DNA of 64,000 nt from Helicobacter cetorum (GTDB taxonomy: Bacteria > Campylobacterota > Campylobacteria > Campylobacterales > UBA6016). The translations under genes and the position numbers were made by a program. The stretch covers positions 53,277-117,276 of the forward strand of contig DZAX01000002.1 in NCBI GenBank assembly GCA_022729705.1, read 5' to 3'. Below the pieces are notes generated by a model that had not been told where the DNA came from, searched no databases, and worked only from the letters and a program-made list of their open reading frames with translations. Below, one piece after another: positions 56,045 through 64,000 of the stretch (the first letter of the stretch is position 1; every line of letters begins with the position of its first letter).

Positions 56045-56611
56045 ATGATGAAAGCTCAGCATTTATTGGAAAAAGATATAGTTAAATCACTCATGCAAGT
56101 GCCAAAGTTTTATATGAACAAGGCAAAACCAAGAGATTTATCTTTTGGTGACATACAGGGAATGCTTAATAAGAAATCAAATAATGCCAATTATGACGCT
56201 ACTGAATTTGTTGTACATGATGGTAGTGGTGAGGAATATATTATTATTGTGCAGGTTGGCACCGATGATGATTTGGATGATTTTAGCACTAGTTTATTTT
56301 TAAAAAGAGATAAAGAGCGGGTTTTTATATGTAGACTTGACTATCATGCTAAACATTTAAGAAAGTGCCGAAGAAACAGTTTTGACGATACGCATGCTGA
56401 CAAATTTCATTTTCATATTCATTGCAAAGAGTGTTACGAAGCAATGGGTGAAAAAGGTATTTGGAATGTTGCTTTTAGTATCAAAAACAAAGAGGATATT
56501 AACCTTGCAAACTTCTTGCATTTTTTCTTTAACAAAATAAATTTAAAAACTAAACAGTATTTTCTTAAAGAGCAAACATTATTGGAGATAACAGATGAAA
56601 TCTCAAATTGA
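56045..56611 (+). CDS. hypothetical His/Cys-rich protein inserted between mod and res
   Basis: 188-aa ORF with HAKHLRKCRRNSFDDTHADKFHFHIHCKECY (possible metal site). It is AT-rich (about 28-30% GC by hand count, versus about 40-43% in mod and res). Confidence 0.6.
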   Translation: MMKAQHLLEKDIVKSLMQVPKFYMNKAKPRDLSFGDIQGMLNKKSNNANYDATEFVVHDGSGEEYIIIVQVGTDDDLDDFSTSLFLKRDKERVFICRLDYHAKHLRKCRRNSFDDTHADKFHFHIHCKECYEAMGEKGIWNVAFSIKNKEDINLANFLHFFFNKINLKTKQYFLKEQTLLEITDEISN

Positions 56612-57380
56612 AGAACTTTTGAAAAAGTTATGTAAAAACTTTACAATAGAAGAAACTAGAAACAAGTTTAAATATAAAATTACCACCCCATTTACACTTC
56701 CATGTGGTGAGCAAATAAGCTTTATAGCACAAATTATAAGCGATAAAGAAATTTTACTTGATGATAAAGCATTTATTTTTAGATATTTTGATCTTAATTT
56801 TTTTGAGCCAAAAAATAGTGCTATAGAGTCAATGGATGAAATTTGTAAAAACTTTGGAATTGCTAGTGGTGACAGTTTTCAGAAAATTATTACTATTGAT
56901 GATCGTTTTTGTGAGTACGATTTTTATGATTACATAAACGCACTTATACGACTATCGGATATTATTTTTTATAAACCAGAACAAAGAGAAAAAAATGATT
57001 TTATTGAGCAGTTGATTAATTATGTTAGGGATGGTTTTGATGTTAAAACAAAATTCTTTTCCTCTGGCGTTAAGCCTTATGATAGTAAGGATGATTTTAA
57101 GGTAGATATAGCTTTATCAACTGATGATAAAAAATGGGTTCTGATAAACGGTATATATAACCAAAATAGAATGTCAGAAATAAATCTTTCTTTGATGTAT
57201 TACAAATTTGAGCATAAATTAGAAATCGAAAGCATTTTGGTTTTTGATAACATGGATGCTTATGTGAAAAAGGGCGGCAAACTAAATAGGCTTTTAAAGT
57301 ATATAGATACTCCTGTTGCCACGTTTGATGATGATGGAAAAGCTAAAATTAAAGAAACATTAGAAAAAAGATTATATTAG
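56595..57380 (+). CDS. hypothetical protein (possibly DUF1828/DUF1829-like) inserted between mod and res
   Basis: 261-aa ORF that overlaps the previous gene by 17 nt and ends 1 nt before the res ATG. The N-terminus YKITTPFTLPCGEQISF...LLDD resembles DUF1828 from memory only. Confidence 0.6.
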   Translation: MKSQIEELLKKLCKNFTIEETRNKFKYKITTPFTLPCGEQISFIAQIISDKEILLDDKAFIFRYFDLNFFEPKNSAIESMDEICKNFGIASGDSFQKIITIDDRFCEYDFYDYINALIRLSDIIFYKPEQREKNDFIEQLINYVRDGFDVKTKFFSSGVKPYDSKDDFKVDIALSTDDKKWVLINGIYNQNRMSEINLSLMYYKFEHKLEIESILVFDNMDAYVKKGGKLNRLLKYIDTPVATFDDDGKAKIKETLEKRLY

Positions 57381-59927
57381 ATGACCCTCCGCTACTCCTC
57401 AAACCTCCCACACCAACAAAACGCCATAAACGCCGTTTTGTCGCTATTTGACGCTCAAATAGCACAAGAGGATAGTTTTGCCATCTTTGACGATGAGGCT
57501 GTTGTTGATAATAGGCTTACGATAGACGAAGAGCAGATACTATCAAATCTGCAAGCGGTGCAGAGCGCAAACAAGCTGCCGCCGAGCGAGAAGCTAGAGA
57601 GCCTTGATTTTAGCCTCGAAATGGAGACGGGGACTGGTAAGACATACGTGTATTTGCGCACGGCTTTGGAGCTTTATATCAGATACGGATGGAAAAAATT
57701 TGTCGTCGTAGTTCCGTCAATAGCTATCAAAGAAGGGGCTCTTTCAAGCTTAGAGGGGATGAGCGCTCACTTTTTGCAGGAGCTAAAAATACGCTACAAC
57801 TACTTTGAGTATAGCTCCGAGCGATTAACGGAACTACGGCACTTCATAAGAGATGACGAGCTTCAAATCATGGTAACGACTCTTGACGGCTTCAAGCGGC
57901 AAAATACAGTAATGCAGAGAGACGATTTGGAAAACTTCTCAGGCTCCCCGCTAGAGTCTCTTGCGCGCACTAGACCTATCGTGATACTGGATGAGCCGCA
58001 AAATATGGAGTCTGACTTGTCAAAGGAGGCTTTGGGGGCTTTAAATCCGCTTTTTGTCCTTAGATATTCGGCGACGCACAAAAATCTATACAACCTCATA
58101 TATAGCCTATCGCCAAAAGAGGCGTTAGAAGCCGGGCTAGTCAAAAAAGTATTCGTAGTGGGTATATCAGAGCAAAAAGTAGCTAGTGAAGCATACATAA
58201 GCGTAGCGGCAATAGAGCGTGACAAAAACAAAAAACTCTTTGCGTCGCTGGAGCTAATCGCAAATCAAAAAAACAGCTTTGTCAAAAAATTGTTTAATGT
58301 CAAAGTAGGCGACACTCTTGCGGACAGGGCAAAAAATAGCGTTTATGATGGTTTTGCGGTTAGCGAGATTAGCTATGCCGATGGATATATATCTTTTGAA
58401 AACGGCGTAAAATTAGTGCTTCATGAGACTAGTGGGCAGGTAAAAAAAGAGATACAAAAAGAGCAGATAAGAGAAGCGATAAAAAAACATTTTGAGACTA
58501 CGAAGGCGTTAAAGCCAAAAGGGATAAAGCCGCTTTGTCTTTTTTTTGTCGATAGGGTGGCAAACTTTTTGGCTGTTGAAGATGGTTGGATGGAAGCCTT
58601 TTTTTGCGAAGCGTTTGACGAGATGAAAGATAGTTTTGCGGAGTTTGCAAATATGGAGGCAAAAAGCGCTTATAAATACTATTTTGCAAAGCGTTCAAAA
58701 GGGTATGTGGACGAGCTAAAGAATAACGACGCCGATAGGAAGGCGGGGAAAGAGGCGTATGATCTGATACTAAAAGGCAAAGAACAGCTGATGAAACCAG
58801 ATGAACCTGTAAGCTTTATATTTAGTCATTCGGCGCTCAAAGAGGGGTGGGACAACCCAAACGTCTTTACCATAGCCACGCTCAACGAGACCAATAGCGA
58901 TTTAAAAAGAAGGCAAATAATCGGGCGCGGGCTCAGGCTATGTGTGGATGCAGAGGGGAAGAGGGTATATGATATAAATATCAATAGACTTAGCGTCGTG
59001 GCAAATGAGAGTTTTCAAAGTTTTACGGAGAGCCTGCAAAAAGAGTATGCACAGACGGGACAAACGGGCGGCGATGTCGGCGACGGTGGTCTTAAAAAGC
59101 AGAAAGCGACGCTAAAAAAAGATATTCTACTATCGGACGAATTTAAAAAACTATGGTCGTTGATAAGTCGAAAAACTGAGTATCATGTAAAACTGGAAAC
59201 CGAAAAATTTGTTACAGACGTTATCGAAAAGCTAAATGAGATTGAGGTTTGCAGACTTAAAATCAGAATAGAAGAAGGTGGTGTGGGCGAGGGAGTTGAT
59301 GAGGAGAGACAAAAGGTTATAAACATAATACCGCGCATTTCAGATATAGTAGGCGAGTTAACCACAAATACCGGACTTACGAGGGCTACTATAATTTCTA
59401 TTTTGGATAAAATAGATTTGGAGAGATTTGTTGATGATTTAGACAGTTTTGCAAAAAAGGCTAGCCTTATCATCAACGATGAGAAAGCCATGTGTCTAGC
59501 AAGCGGAATATCATATAAACAGCTTGATGAATGGTGGTTGCAAGAAAATATCTTTGATGATGAATTTGAAGATTTTGAGTTGGTTGAGATGAAAAAGAGT
59601 TTATATGACTATATCAAATGCGACTCAAGCACTGAGAAACTATTTGCAAAGTGTGCCGACAATAGATTTGGGCTTACTATTAAACTACCAAAACGATTTT
59701 ATATCCATACGCCGCTTGGCAAATATAGTCCGGATTGGGCGATAGTCGCAAACGATAAATCAAAAACGTGTTTTGTAGTAGAGACAAAAGCCGCTGAGCT
59801 AGATAGTGAATTAAGGGGTGTTGAGGGCGCCAAAATAAAATGCGGAAAGAAGCATTTTGGAGTGCTTGACGTTTTATATAGGCAAAATAAAAAATGCGAA
59901 GATATACTAACAGAGCCCTCACGCTGA
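57381..59927 (+). CDS. res: type III restriction endonuclease (Res) helicase-nuclease subunit
   Basis: Helicase motif I METGTGKTYVY, motif II ILDEPQNM, and a C-terminal PD-(D/E)xK-like SPDWAI...VVETKA. Confidence 0.9.
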   Translation: MTLRYSSNLPHQQNAINAVLSLFDAQIAQEDSFAIFDDEAVVDNRLTIDEEQILSNLQAVQSANKLPPSEKLESLDFSLEMETGTGKTYVYLRTALELYIRYGWKKFVVVVPSIAIKEGALSSLEGMSAHFLQELKIRYNYFEYSSERLTELRHFIRDDELQIMVTTLDGFKRQNTVMQRDDLENFSGSPLESLARTRPIVILDEPQNMESDLSKEALGALNPLFVLRYSATHKNLYNLIYSLSPKEALEAGLVKKVFVVGISEQKVASEAYISVAAIERDKNKKLFASLELIANQKNSFVKKLFNVKVGDTLADRAKNSVYDGFAVSEISYADGYISFENGVKLVLHETSGQVKKEIQKEQIREAIKKHFETTKALKPKGIKPLCLFFVDRVANFLAVEDGWMEAFFCEAFDEMKDSFAEFANMEAKSAYKYYFAKRSKGYVDELKNNDADRKAGKEAYDLILKGKEQLMKPDEPVSFIFSHSALKEGWDNPNVFTIATLNETNSDLKRRQIIGRGLRLCVDAEGKRVYDININRLSVVANESFQSFTESLQKEYAQTGQTGGDVGDGGLKKQKATLKKDILLSDEFKKLWSLISRKTEYHVKLETEKFVTDVIEKLNEIEVCRLKIRIEEGGVGEGVDEERQKVINIIPRISDIVGELTTNTGLTRATIISILDKIDLERFVDDLDSFAKKASLIINDEKAMCLASGISYKQLDEWWLQENIFDDEFEDFELVEMKKSLYDYIKCDSSTEKLFAKCADNRFGLTIKLPKRFYIHTPLGKYSPDWAIVANDKSKTCFVVETKAAELDSELRGVEGAKIKCGKKHFGVLDVLYRQNKKCEDILTEPSR

Positions 59928-59980
59928 AGACCTCATTTTGGGCTTTGCCAAAAATGTGAGAATTAATCAGAGGGTTCAAT
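59925..59980 (+). repeat. R1 repeat copy (right arm of the inverted pair)
   Basis: TGAAGACCTCATTTTGGGCTTTGCCAAAAATGTGAGAATTAATCAGAGGGTTCAAT. It overlaps the res stop codon. Confidence 0.8.
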
Positions 59981-60022
59981 CAAAACCGCATAGGTTCGTT
60001 TGTTGGATGGGGCAATAAAAGA

Positions 60023-61048
60023 ATGATAAAGAAAAAAGTAGTAGTAGCGATGAGCGGCGGTATAGACAGCTCAATGACTGCAAAAAGAGTTGTAGATGCA
60101 GGGTATGAGGCGTATGGCGTGTATCTGAAGCTTCACAATAATGAAGAGTTGCATGCGATAAATATAGCAAATATCGACAAAGTAGCAAATTTTCTTGGTA
60201 TAAAATATGAGGTTGTTTCGCTAGAAGAGAGCTTTCAAGAATTTGTCATAAACCCGTTTGTAGACTATTACAAAAAGGGTCTGACTCCAAATCCATGCAC
60301 TTTTTGCAATAGAGAGATAAAGTTTGGAGCCTTAGCTGAGTTTGCGGCGCAAAAAGGGTTTGACTATCTAGCTACCGGACACTACGTTAGATGTGACGGC
60401 GAGTTTTTTTATGAGGCGGTTGATAAATCTAAAGACCAAAGTTATTTTTTGTTTAACGTCAAAAAAGAGATTTTGAGCCACCTTATGTTTCCTTTGGGCG
60501 ACTCTATCAAGAGCACTCTTAAAGAAGAGGCTATACAGATACCCGTATTTGCATCGCTTGCAAAACAAAAAGAGAGTAGCGAAATATGTTTTGTAGAGGG
60601 TAGTTATATAGAGGCTCTAAGAGAGCTTGGCGCTTTGGCGGACAATGCGGGCAAGATAGTGGACGAAGAGGGCGTCGTTATTGGAACCCACAAAGGTTTT
60701 ATGCACTATACGATAGGTCAACGAAAAGGGTTTGACGCTCCGCTTTCGCATATACCGCTCTATGTAAAAAGCATAGATGCAGACAAAAACATTGTGAGCG
60801 TATGCGCAAAAGACGGCGTATTTGAGAACTCATTGTTGGTAGGCTCTCTAAATATGTTTGATGCGGCGACTACGTTTGAGTGCGAAGTAAAGGTGCGATA
60901 TAGAAGCGAAAAATGTCCGGCAACGGTAGAAATAAAAGATGGCGCGGCAAAAATAGAGCTAAAGGCACCTCAATTTGCAATAGCAAAAGGTCAAGCAGCT
61001 GTTTTTTATGACGGAGAAAAGGTTTTAGGGGGCGGGTATATAGCGTAG
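60023..61048 (+). CDS. mnmA: tRNA 2-thiouridine(34) synthase
   Basis: PP-loop VVVAMSGGIDSS and conserved CTFCN/ATGHY blocks. Confidence 0.93.
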   Translation: MIKKKVVVAMSGGIDSSMTAKRVVDAGYEAYGVYLKLHNNEELHAINIANIDKVANFLGIKYEVVSLEESFQEFVINPFVDYYKKGLTPNPCTFCNREIKFGALAEFAAQKGFDYLATGHYVRCDGEFFYEAVDKSKDQSYFLFNVKKEILSHLMFPLGDSIKSTLKEEAIQIPVFASLAKQKESSEICFVEGSYIEALRELGALADNAGKIVDEEGVVIGTHKGFMHYTIGQRKGFDAPLSHIPLYVKSIDADKNIVSVCAKDGVFENSLLVGSLNMFDAATTFECEVKVRYRSEKCPATVEIKDGAAKIELKAPQFAIAKGQAAVFYDGEKVLGGGYIA

Positions 61049-61094
61049 TGTCGTTAGAGGTTTTATAAAGAGGCGGAAAAACACGCTAAAATCT

Positions 61095-61133
61095 CTCGTA
61101 AATACGAGTTTTGCTCGTATTTACGCATAACAC
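61095..61133 (-). repeat. R2 repeat, hairpin-1 module only (copy 6); probable bidirectional terminator
   Basis: The minus strand reads GTGTTATGCGTAAATACGAGCAAAACTCGTATTTACG, with a perfect 12-bp stem. It starts 2 nt after the stop of the small secreted-protein gene. Confidence 0.7.
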
Positions 61134-61135
61134 GG

Positions 61136-61294
61136 TTATTTAGTAGCGTTCTTTTCAGTTTTAGTAGCGTTAGCTTCTTTTTTAACTTTTTTAACTTTTT
61201 TAGTAGTATTTTTTTCAGCTTTAGTAGCGTTAGCTTCAGCAGCAAATGCAGATGTAAGACCAAGAGCGATTAGAAGAGCGACAACTTTTTTCAT
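61136..61294 (-). CDS. 52-aa secreted Lys-rich repeat protein
   Basis: Hand translation: MKKVVALLIALGLTSAFA/AEANATKAEKNTTKKVKKVKKEANATKTEKNATK*. It has a signal peptide and an internal repeat. The ORF-track entry 61063..61263 is in another frame of the same strand. Confidence 0.6.
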   Translation of the reverse strand: MKKVVALLIALGLTSAFAAEANATKAEKNTTKKVKKVKKEANATKTEKNATK

Positions 61295-61440
61295 AGAGTT
61301 TCCTTGTGGTGTTTTTGGGTTGTATCGTTTGTTTGATACTTCGAGTAAAATTCTATCTCTTCTAAGTGAATTTTTTGTGAATTTTATTTTTTGGAATTTT
61401 TGACTAAAATTAGGGTAAATTTCAAAAGGCTAGTAAAAAA

Positions 61441-62076
61441 GTGAAAAATATCCTCAAAACCTCTGCGCTAACAGCCCCATATCTTACAAAGGCGGACAAA
61501 TACTTTAAATCAAGAAGTCCTCTTTTTGATGTATTTGACGAGTTTTTTTTACATCTTGGCTTTATAGTCAACAAAACTCACAAAACGCCGCAAGAGATGG
61601 TGGAGCTTGCCGTAGAAGACATTGTATTCGCTTCGCAAGACGGGCTAATGGGGCATGTGAGCCTCTATTTTGAGTTTCACAACAAGATAGTGAAATTCTT
61701 GGAGCTTTTGGAGGAGTCGGAAGACGAAGACGAGCTGATAAAAAAAATATCATCTGTTTCAAACGCACTTATCAAACTCTCAAACGCTCCAAAAGATAGG
61801 GTTTGCTCTATGATTTCAGATAGAGCCAAAGAGCTTATTATGTTGGTTTTTGAAGATTATGGAATATCATATGCGGATCAAAAAGCGATAAAAGCGGCGT
61901 TTAAAGATAGATTTTTGCAAGAAGCCGTATTGGACGCAGTGGCAAAAATAGAGAAGCTAGACAGAGAAGACGGAGCGCCAAAAGAGGCGCCGGAACTGCT
62001 TAAGCTTACGCTTCTTTTGGCAATGTTTTTTTATAGATTAAGAAAAGAGAATAAGGCTGATAAAAAGTGGAGTTAG
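61441..62076 (+). CDS. hypothetical protein
   Basis: 211-aa ORF (GTG start in the track); no motif recognised. Confidence 0.5.
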   Translation: MKNILKTSALTAPYLTKADKYFKSRSPLFDVFDEFFLHLGFIVNKTHKTPQEMVELAVEDIVFASQDGLMGHVSLYFEFHNKIVKFLELLEESEDEDELIKKISSVSNALIKLSNAPKDRVCSMISDRAKELIMLVFEDYGISYADQKAIKAAFKDRFLQEAVLDAVAKIEKLDREDGAPKEAPELLKLTLLLAMFFYRLRKENKADKKWS

Positions 62077-62127
62077 GGCAAAAGCCTACTCTGTTAGATA
62101 ATCGTTTTTTGATTGAGTTGATTTTTT

Positions 62128-62226
62128 TTATCGTTTATGGATACCGCCGACCAACTCTTTTCCAAGATAGCCGACTATTACCATTAATCCAATCAAAAAA
62201 ATAACGCTTATCGTATATTCAAGCAT
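62128..62226 (-). CDS. 32-aa single-TM peptide (module gene 2, second locus)
   Basis: MLEYTISVIFLIGLMVIVGYLGKELVGGIHKR. Its start overlaps the stop of the upstream gene (ATGCTTGA). It matches 23966-24064 in length and position. Confidence 0.45.
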   Translation of the reverse strand: MLEYTISVIFLIGLMVIVGYLGKELVGGIHKR

Positions 62227-62638
62227 CTTTAGCCTCCTTTGCTAGATTTTGTAATTCGTGCCAAAAGCGTACCAATAAAATAGTTACAAATAAAGAAAGA
62301 GTAAACCCAGCCGCCGCAAAGATTAGCATTGGTATTTTTGAGCTCCCTCCAGCTACGGCGTATATTAGACCTCTCCTAAAACCTATGTCAATTTCATTGA
62401 CATTCACCCGTTACGATATATGCTCACGCTAAAAATTTATAGTTACAATAAGTAGCTAAAAATTTTTAGCGTAAACATCTACCACAACGATGCAAACGCC
62501 ACTAAAAACGAATAGGTTTTAGGAGAGGTCTATTGTTGTGACCGTGCCAGAGAGAACCGCGACTAAAATAAGAAATAATCCCCTAAAAGCTTCACGCTGA
62601 TTGGCGGACGACTCTTTTATTTCGTCAATTTTACCCAT
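62219..62638 (-). pseudogene. small 2-TM membrane protein gene (module gene 1 paralogue) split by a MITE-like insertion
   Basis: The N-part is MGKIDEIKESSANQREAFRGLFLILVAVLSGTVTT and the C-part is ...IYAVAGGSSKIPMLIFAAAGFTLSLFVTILLVRFWHELQNLAKEAKDA. Removing 62368-62530 plus one TA restores a single 84-aa frame. Confidence 0.65.
62366..62532. mobile_element. 163-bp MITE-like element with 15-bp terminal inverted repeats and a TA target-site duplication
   Basis: TA|GACCTCTCCTAAAAC...GTTTTAGGAGAGGTC|TA. Internal hairpins include CGCTAAAAATTT/AAATTTTTAGCG and TGTCAAT/ATTGACA. Confidence 0.65.
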
Positions 62639-62648
62639 AAATTAAGCC

Positions 62649-63290
62649 TCACTCCACAAAAGTAGTCACTTCAGAAAGCGGCAGTCTTAGTTGTCTCGAC
62701 TGCTCTTGTGTGCGGTATCCGAAGGCTATCGCATACGCTATTGAGTATTTGTTGTCGTCAAACATCGCTATATTGTTCATCAAGGCTTCTTCAAGCTCCT
62801 CATAAGAAAACCCCTCTATGGGACAGCTATCTATTCCAATTGCAGCGGCTCCGGTCATCATGTTTGCGCTTGCAATGTAGGCTTGCATTTTTGACCAATC
62901 CTCTACGCTTGGTTTTAGTTGAGTCGCTTTGAAGTTTTCAAATACCGCCTCAATTTTTCTCACAGCATCCATATTGCCGCCTGTTTTTCTGCCAAACGAT
63001 ATATCAAGATATTCGCTTCCTTTTTCAAACCAGCAAGGTTTTTTGGCAAGTAGTACGACAAAATGCGAACAGTTTGTAACTTGCGGTTGATTCCAGCAAG
63101 CGAGTCTGAGGGCGGCTTTTACATGATCGTTTGTGATTACTAGAAAATACCAGTGTTCAAGACCAAAAGAGGAGGGGGATTTGCGTCCCGCTTCGAGGAT
63201 AAATCTAAAATCCTCTTTTGATATTTTTTTTGTTTCATCAAAACTCTTACATGCGTGACGAAAATTCATCGCCTCCATAAAGCTTTTCAT
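62649..63290 (-). CDS. nitroreductase-family NAD(P)H oxidoreductase
   Basis: FRHACKSFD...RKSPSSFGLEHWYF; typical nitroreductase N-terminal signature, 213 aa. Confidence 0.8.
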   Translation of the reverse strand: MKSFMEAMNFRHACKSFDETKKISKEDFRFILEAGRKSPSSFGLEHWYFLVITNDHVKAALRLACWNQPQVTNCSHFVVLLAKKPCWFEKGSEYLDISFGRKTGGNMDAVRKIEAVFENFKATQLKPSVEDWSKMQAYIASANMMTGAAAIGIDSCPIEGFSYEELEEALMNNIAMFDDNKYSIAYAIAFGYRTQEQSRQLRLPLSEVTTFVE

Positions 63291-63318
63291 CTTAAGTCCT
63301 TGAGATTTGGTTTGTAAT

Positions 63319-64000
63319 TTAGTGCAATAATGCGTTGAGCTTTATCTCTCTTTTACTTCTAAACGCCATTATTTTGCCGTTTACGCTGTTTTGTCTAAAG
63401 TGTACGCCCTTAAAGCCGCCTATGTCGGAGCCTTTTGTGATAAACTCTTCGCCAAATACCGTGCCCTTTGGAGTCTCGCCGCCGTTTGCCTCTTTGATTT
63501 TTTCTAGTTCCGCCAAAGGCACGCTGATTTTTGTGCCCTCTAGTATCGCTATTCCCGCATCAATGATAGAGCCGTCGCCCATATGAATGCCGCATACTGA
63601 GTTTGCGCCTACAAGGCAGTTTTCGCCTATCGTGATAGGGTTTCCGTTTGTGCCGCTGAGCACTCCAAGGATTGAGCCCCCGCCCCCAACGTCGCTACCC
63701 TCTCCGACTATCGCCGAGCTTGACACGCGCCCTTCTATCATTGATTTGCCAAGCGTTCCGGCGTTGAAGTTTACATAGCTAGCCCCAGGCATGATAGTTG
63801 TTCCGGCTCCTAGTTGCGCTCCGAATCTTACTTTTGTCGTGTCTAGTATTCTGGTATTATCCGCAGGTATGATGTGCTGTAAAAATCTAGGGAATTTATC
63901 CACAAAATCAACATGAGGAAACTCGTTTGATAGTTTCATCTCTATCTCGTTGGCTCTTAGGTAATCAAGCTCGTATGGTTTGCCGCCGACCCATGCGCAG
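63319..64000 (-). CDS. dapD: tetrahydrodipicolinate N-succinyltransferase-like hexapeptide-repeat acyltransferase; 5' end beyond the window
   Basis: Left-handed beta-helix hexapeptide repeats (GAQLGAGTTIMPGASYVNFNAGTLGKSMIEGRVSSSAIVGEGSDVGGG...). The frame stays open upstream of M63939 to the window edge. Confidence 0.7.
   Translation of the reverse strand, partial: CAWVGGKPYELDYLRANEIEMKLSNEFPHVDFVDKFPRFLQHIIPADNTRILDTTKVRFGAQLGAGTTIMPGASYVNFNAGTLGKSMIEGRVSSSAIVGEGSDVGGGGSILGVLSGTNGNPITIGENCLVGANSVCGIHMGDGSIIDAGIAILEGTKISVPLAELEKIKEANGGETPKGTVFGEEFITKGSDIGGFKGVHFRQNSVNGKIMAFRSKREIKLNALLH

Noticed and set aside
61063-61263. 66-aa minus-strand ORF (MVLHLHLLLKLTLLKLKK...)
   Set aside because: It is a wrong frame of the repeat-containing small gene. 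The frame starting at 61294 has a signal peptide and an RBS and ends before the terminator hairpin.

Overview
This 64-kb window looks like a Campylobacter-like (Campylobacterota) chromosome of roughly 40-45% GC. That assignment is inferred from gene content and order (hypBCDEA, cheV-cheA(Y)-cheW, lpxB-greA, lepB-folD). No rRNA genes or CRISPR arrays were seen. The housekeeping backbone carries the following genes, in order:
- a hybrid sensor kinase
- lepB, folD, hup
- hypA/E/D/C/B plus a His-tailed ABC ATPase
- ribBA, a cold-shock protein gene, a SEDS protein gene
- lpxB, greA, dut, argC
- cheV, cheA, cheW
- an MTHFR-like gene, serB, ubiE, xseA, a LOG-family gene
- mnmA, a nitroreductase gene, dapD

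Four accessory regions interrupt this backbone.
1. About 3.6-14.4 kb is a decayed island. It holds an HTH-WYL regulator and a disrupted CsgG-like lipoprotein gene. It also holds an intact five-gene operon (7028-13543) encoding a 970-aa dynamin-like GTPase, a tandem-AAA ATPase and three small membrane proteins. IS481 and AbiEii remnants flank the operon. This operon is my best candidate for an undescribed membrane-acting or defence system.
2. 23596-37218 is a 13.5-kb element integrated into tRNA-fMet, bracketed by a 45-nt att duplication. It encodes a tyrosine integrase, a cI-like repressor, a Rep_trans-type rolling-circle initiator, an M15 peptidase, a tail-collar protein and a holin-like protein. 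I could not recognise a terminase, portal, tail or P-loop ATPase gene. The + strand shows a T>A bias and there is a 580-bp hairpin-rich intergenic region. This suggests an unusual non-tailed, possibly ssDNA, temperate phage or a satellite.
3. 38.5-40.3 kb is a graveyard of gene remnants next to a tRNA(CAU) gene.
4. 53234-59980 is a segment flanked by inverted repeats. It carries a type III R-M system in which two AT-rich unknown genes sit between mod and res.

Two families of dispersed, hairpin-forming intergenic repeats occur throughout the window. One of them (R2) is a modular three-hairpin element. It lies directly 3' of stop codons, and its stems covary between copies. A small two-gene membrane module occurs twice, once inside the integrated element and once at 62.1-62.6 kb. 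The second copy is split by a 163-bp MITE-like insertion flanked by a TA duplication.

All functional calls come from motif recognition by eye and from memory. No database search was run.
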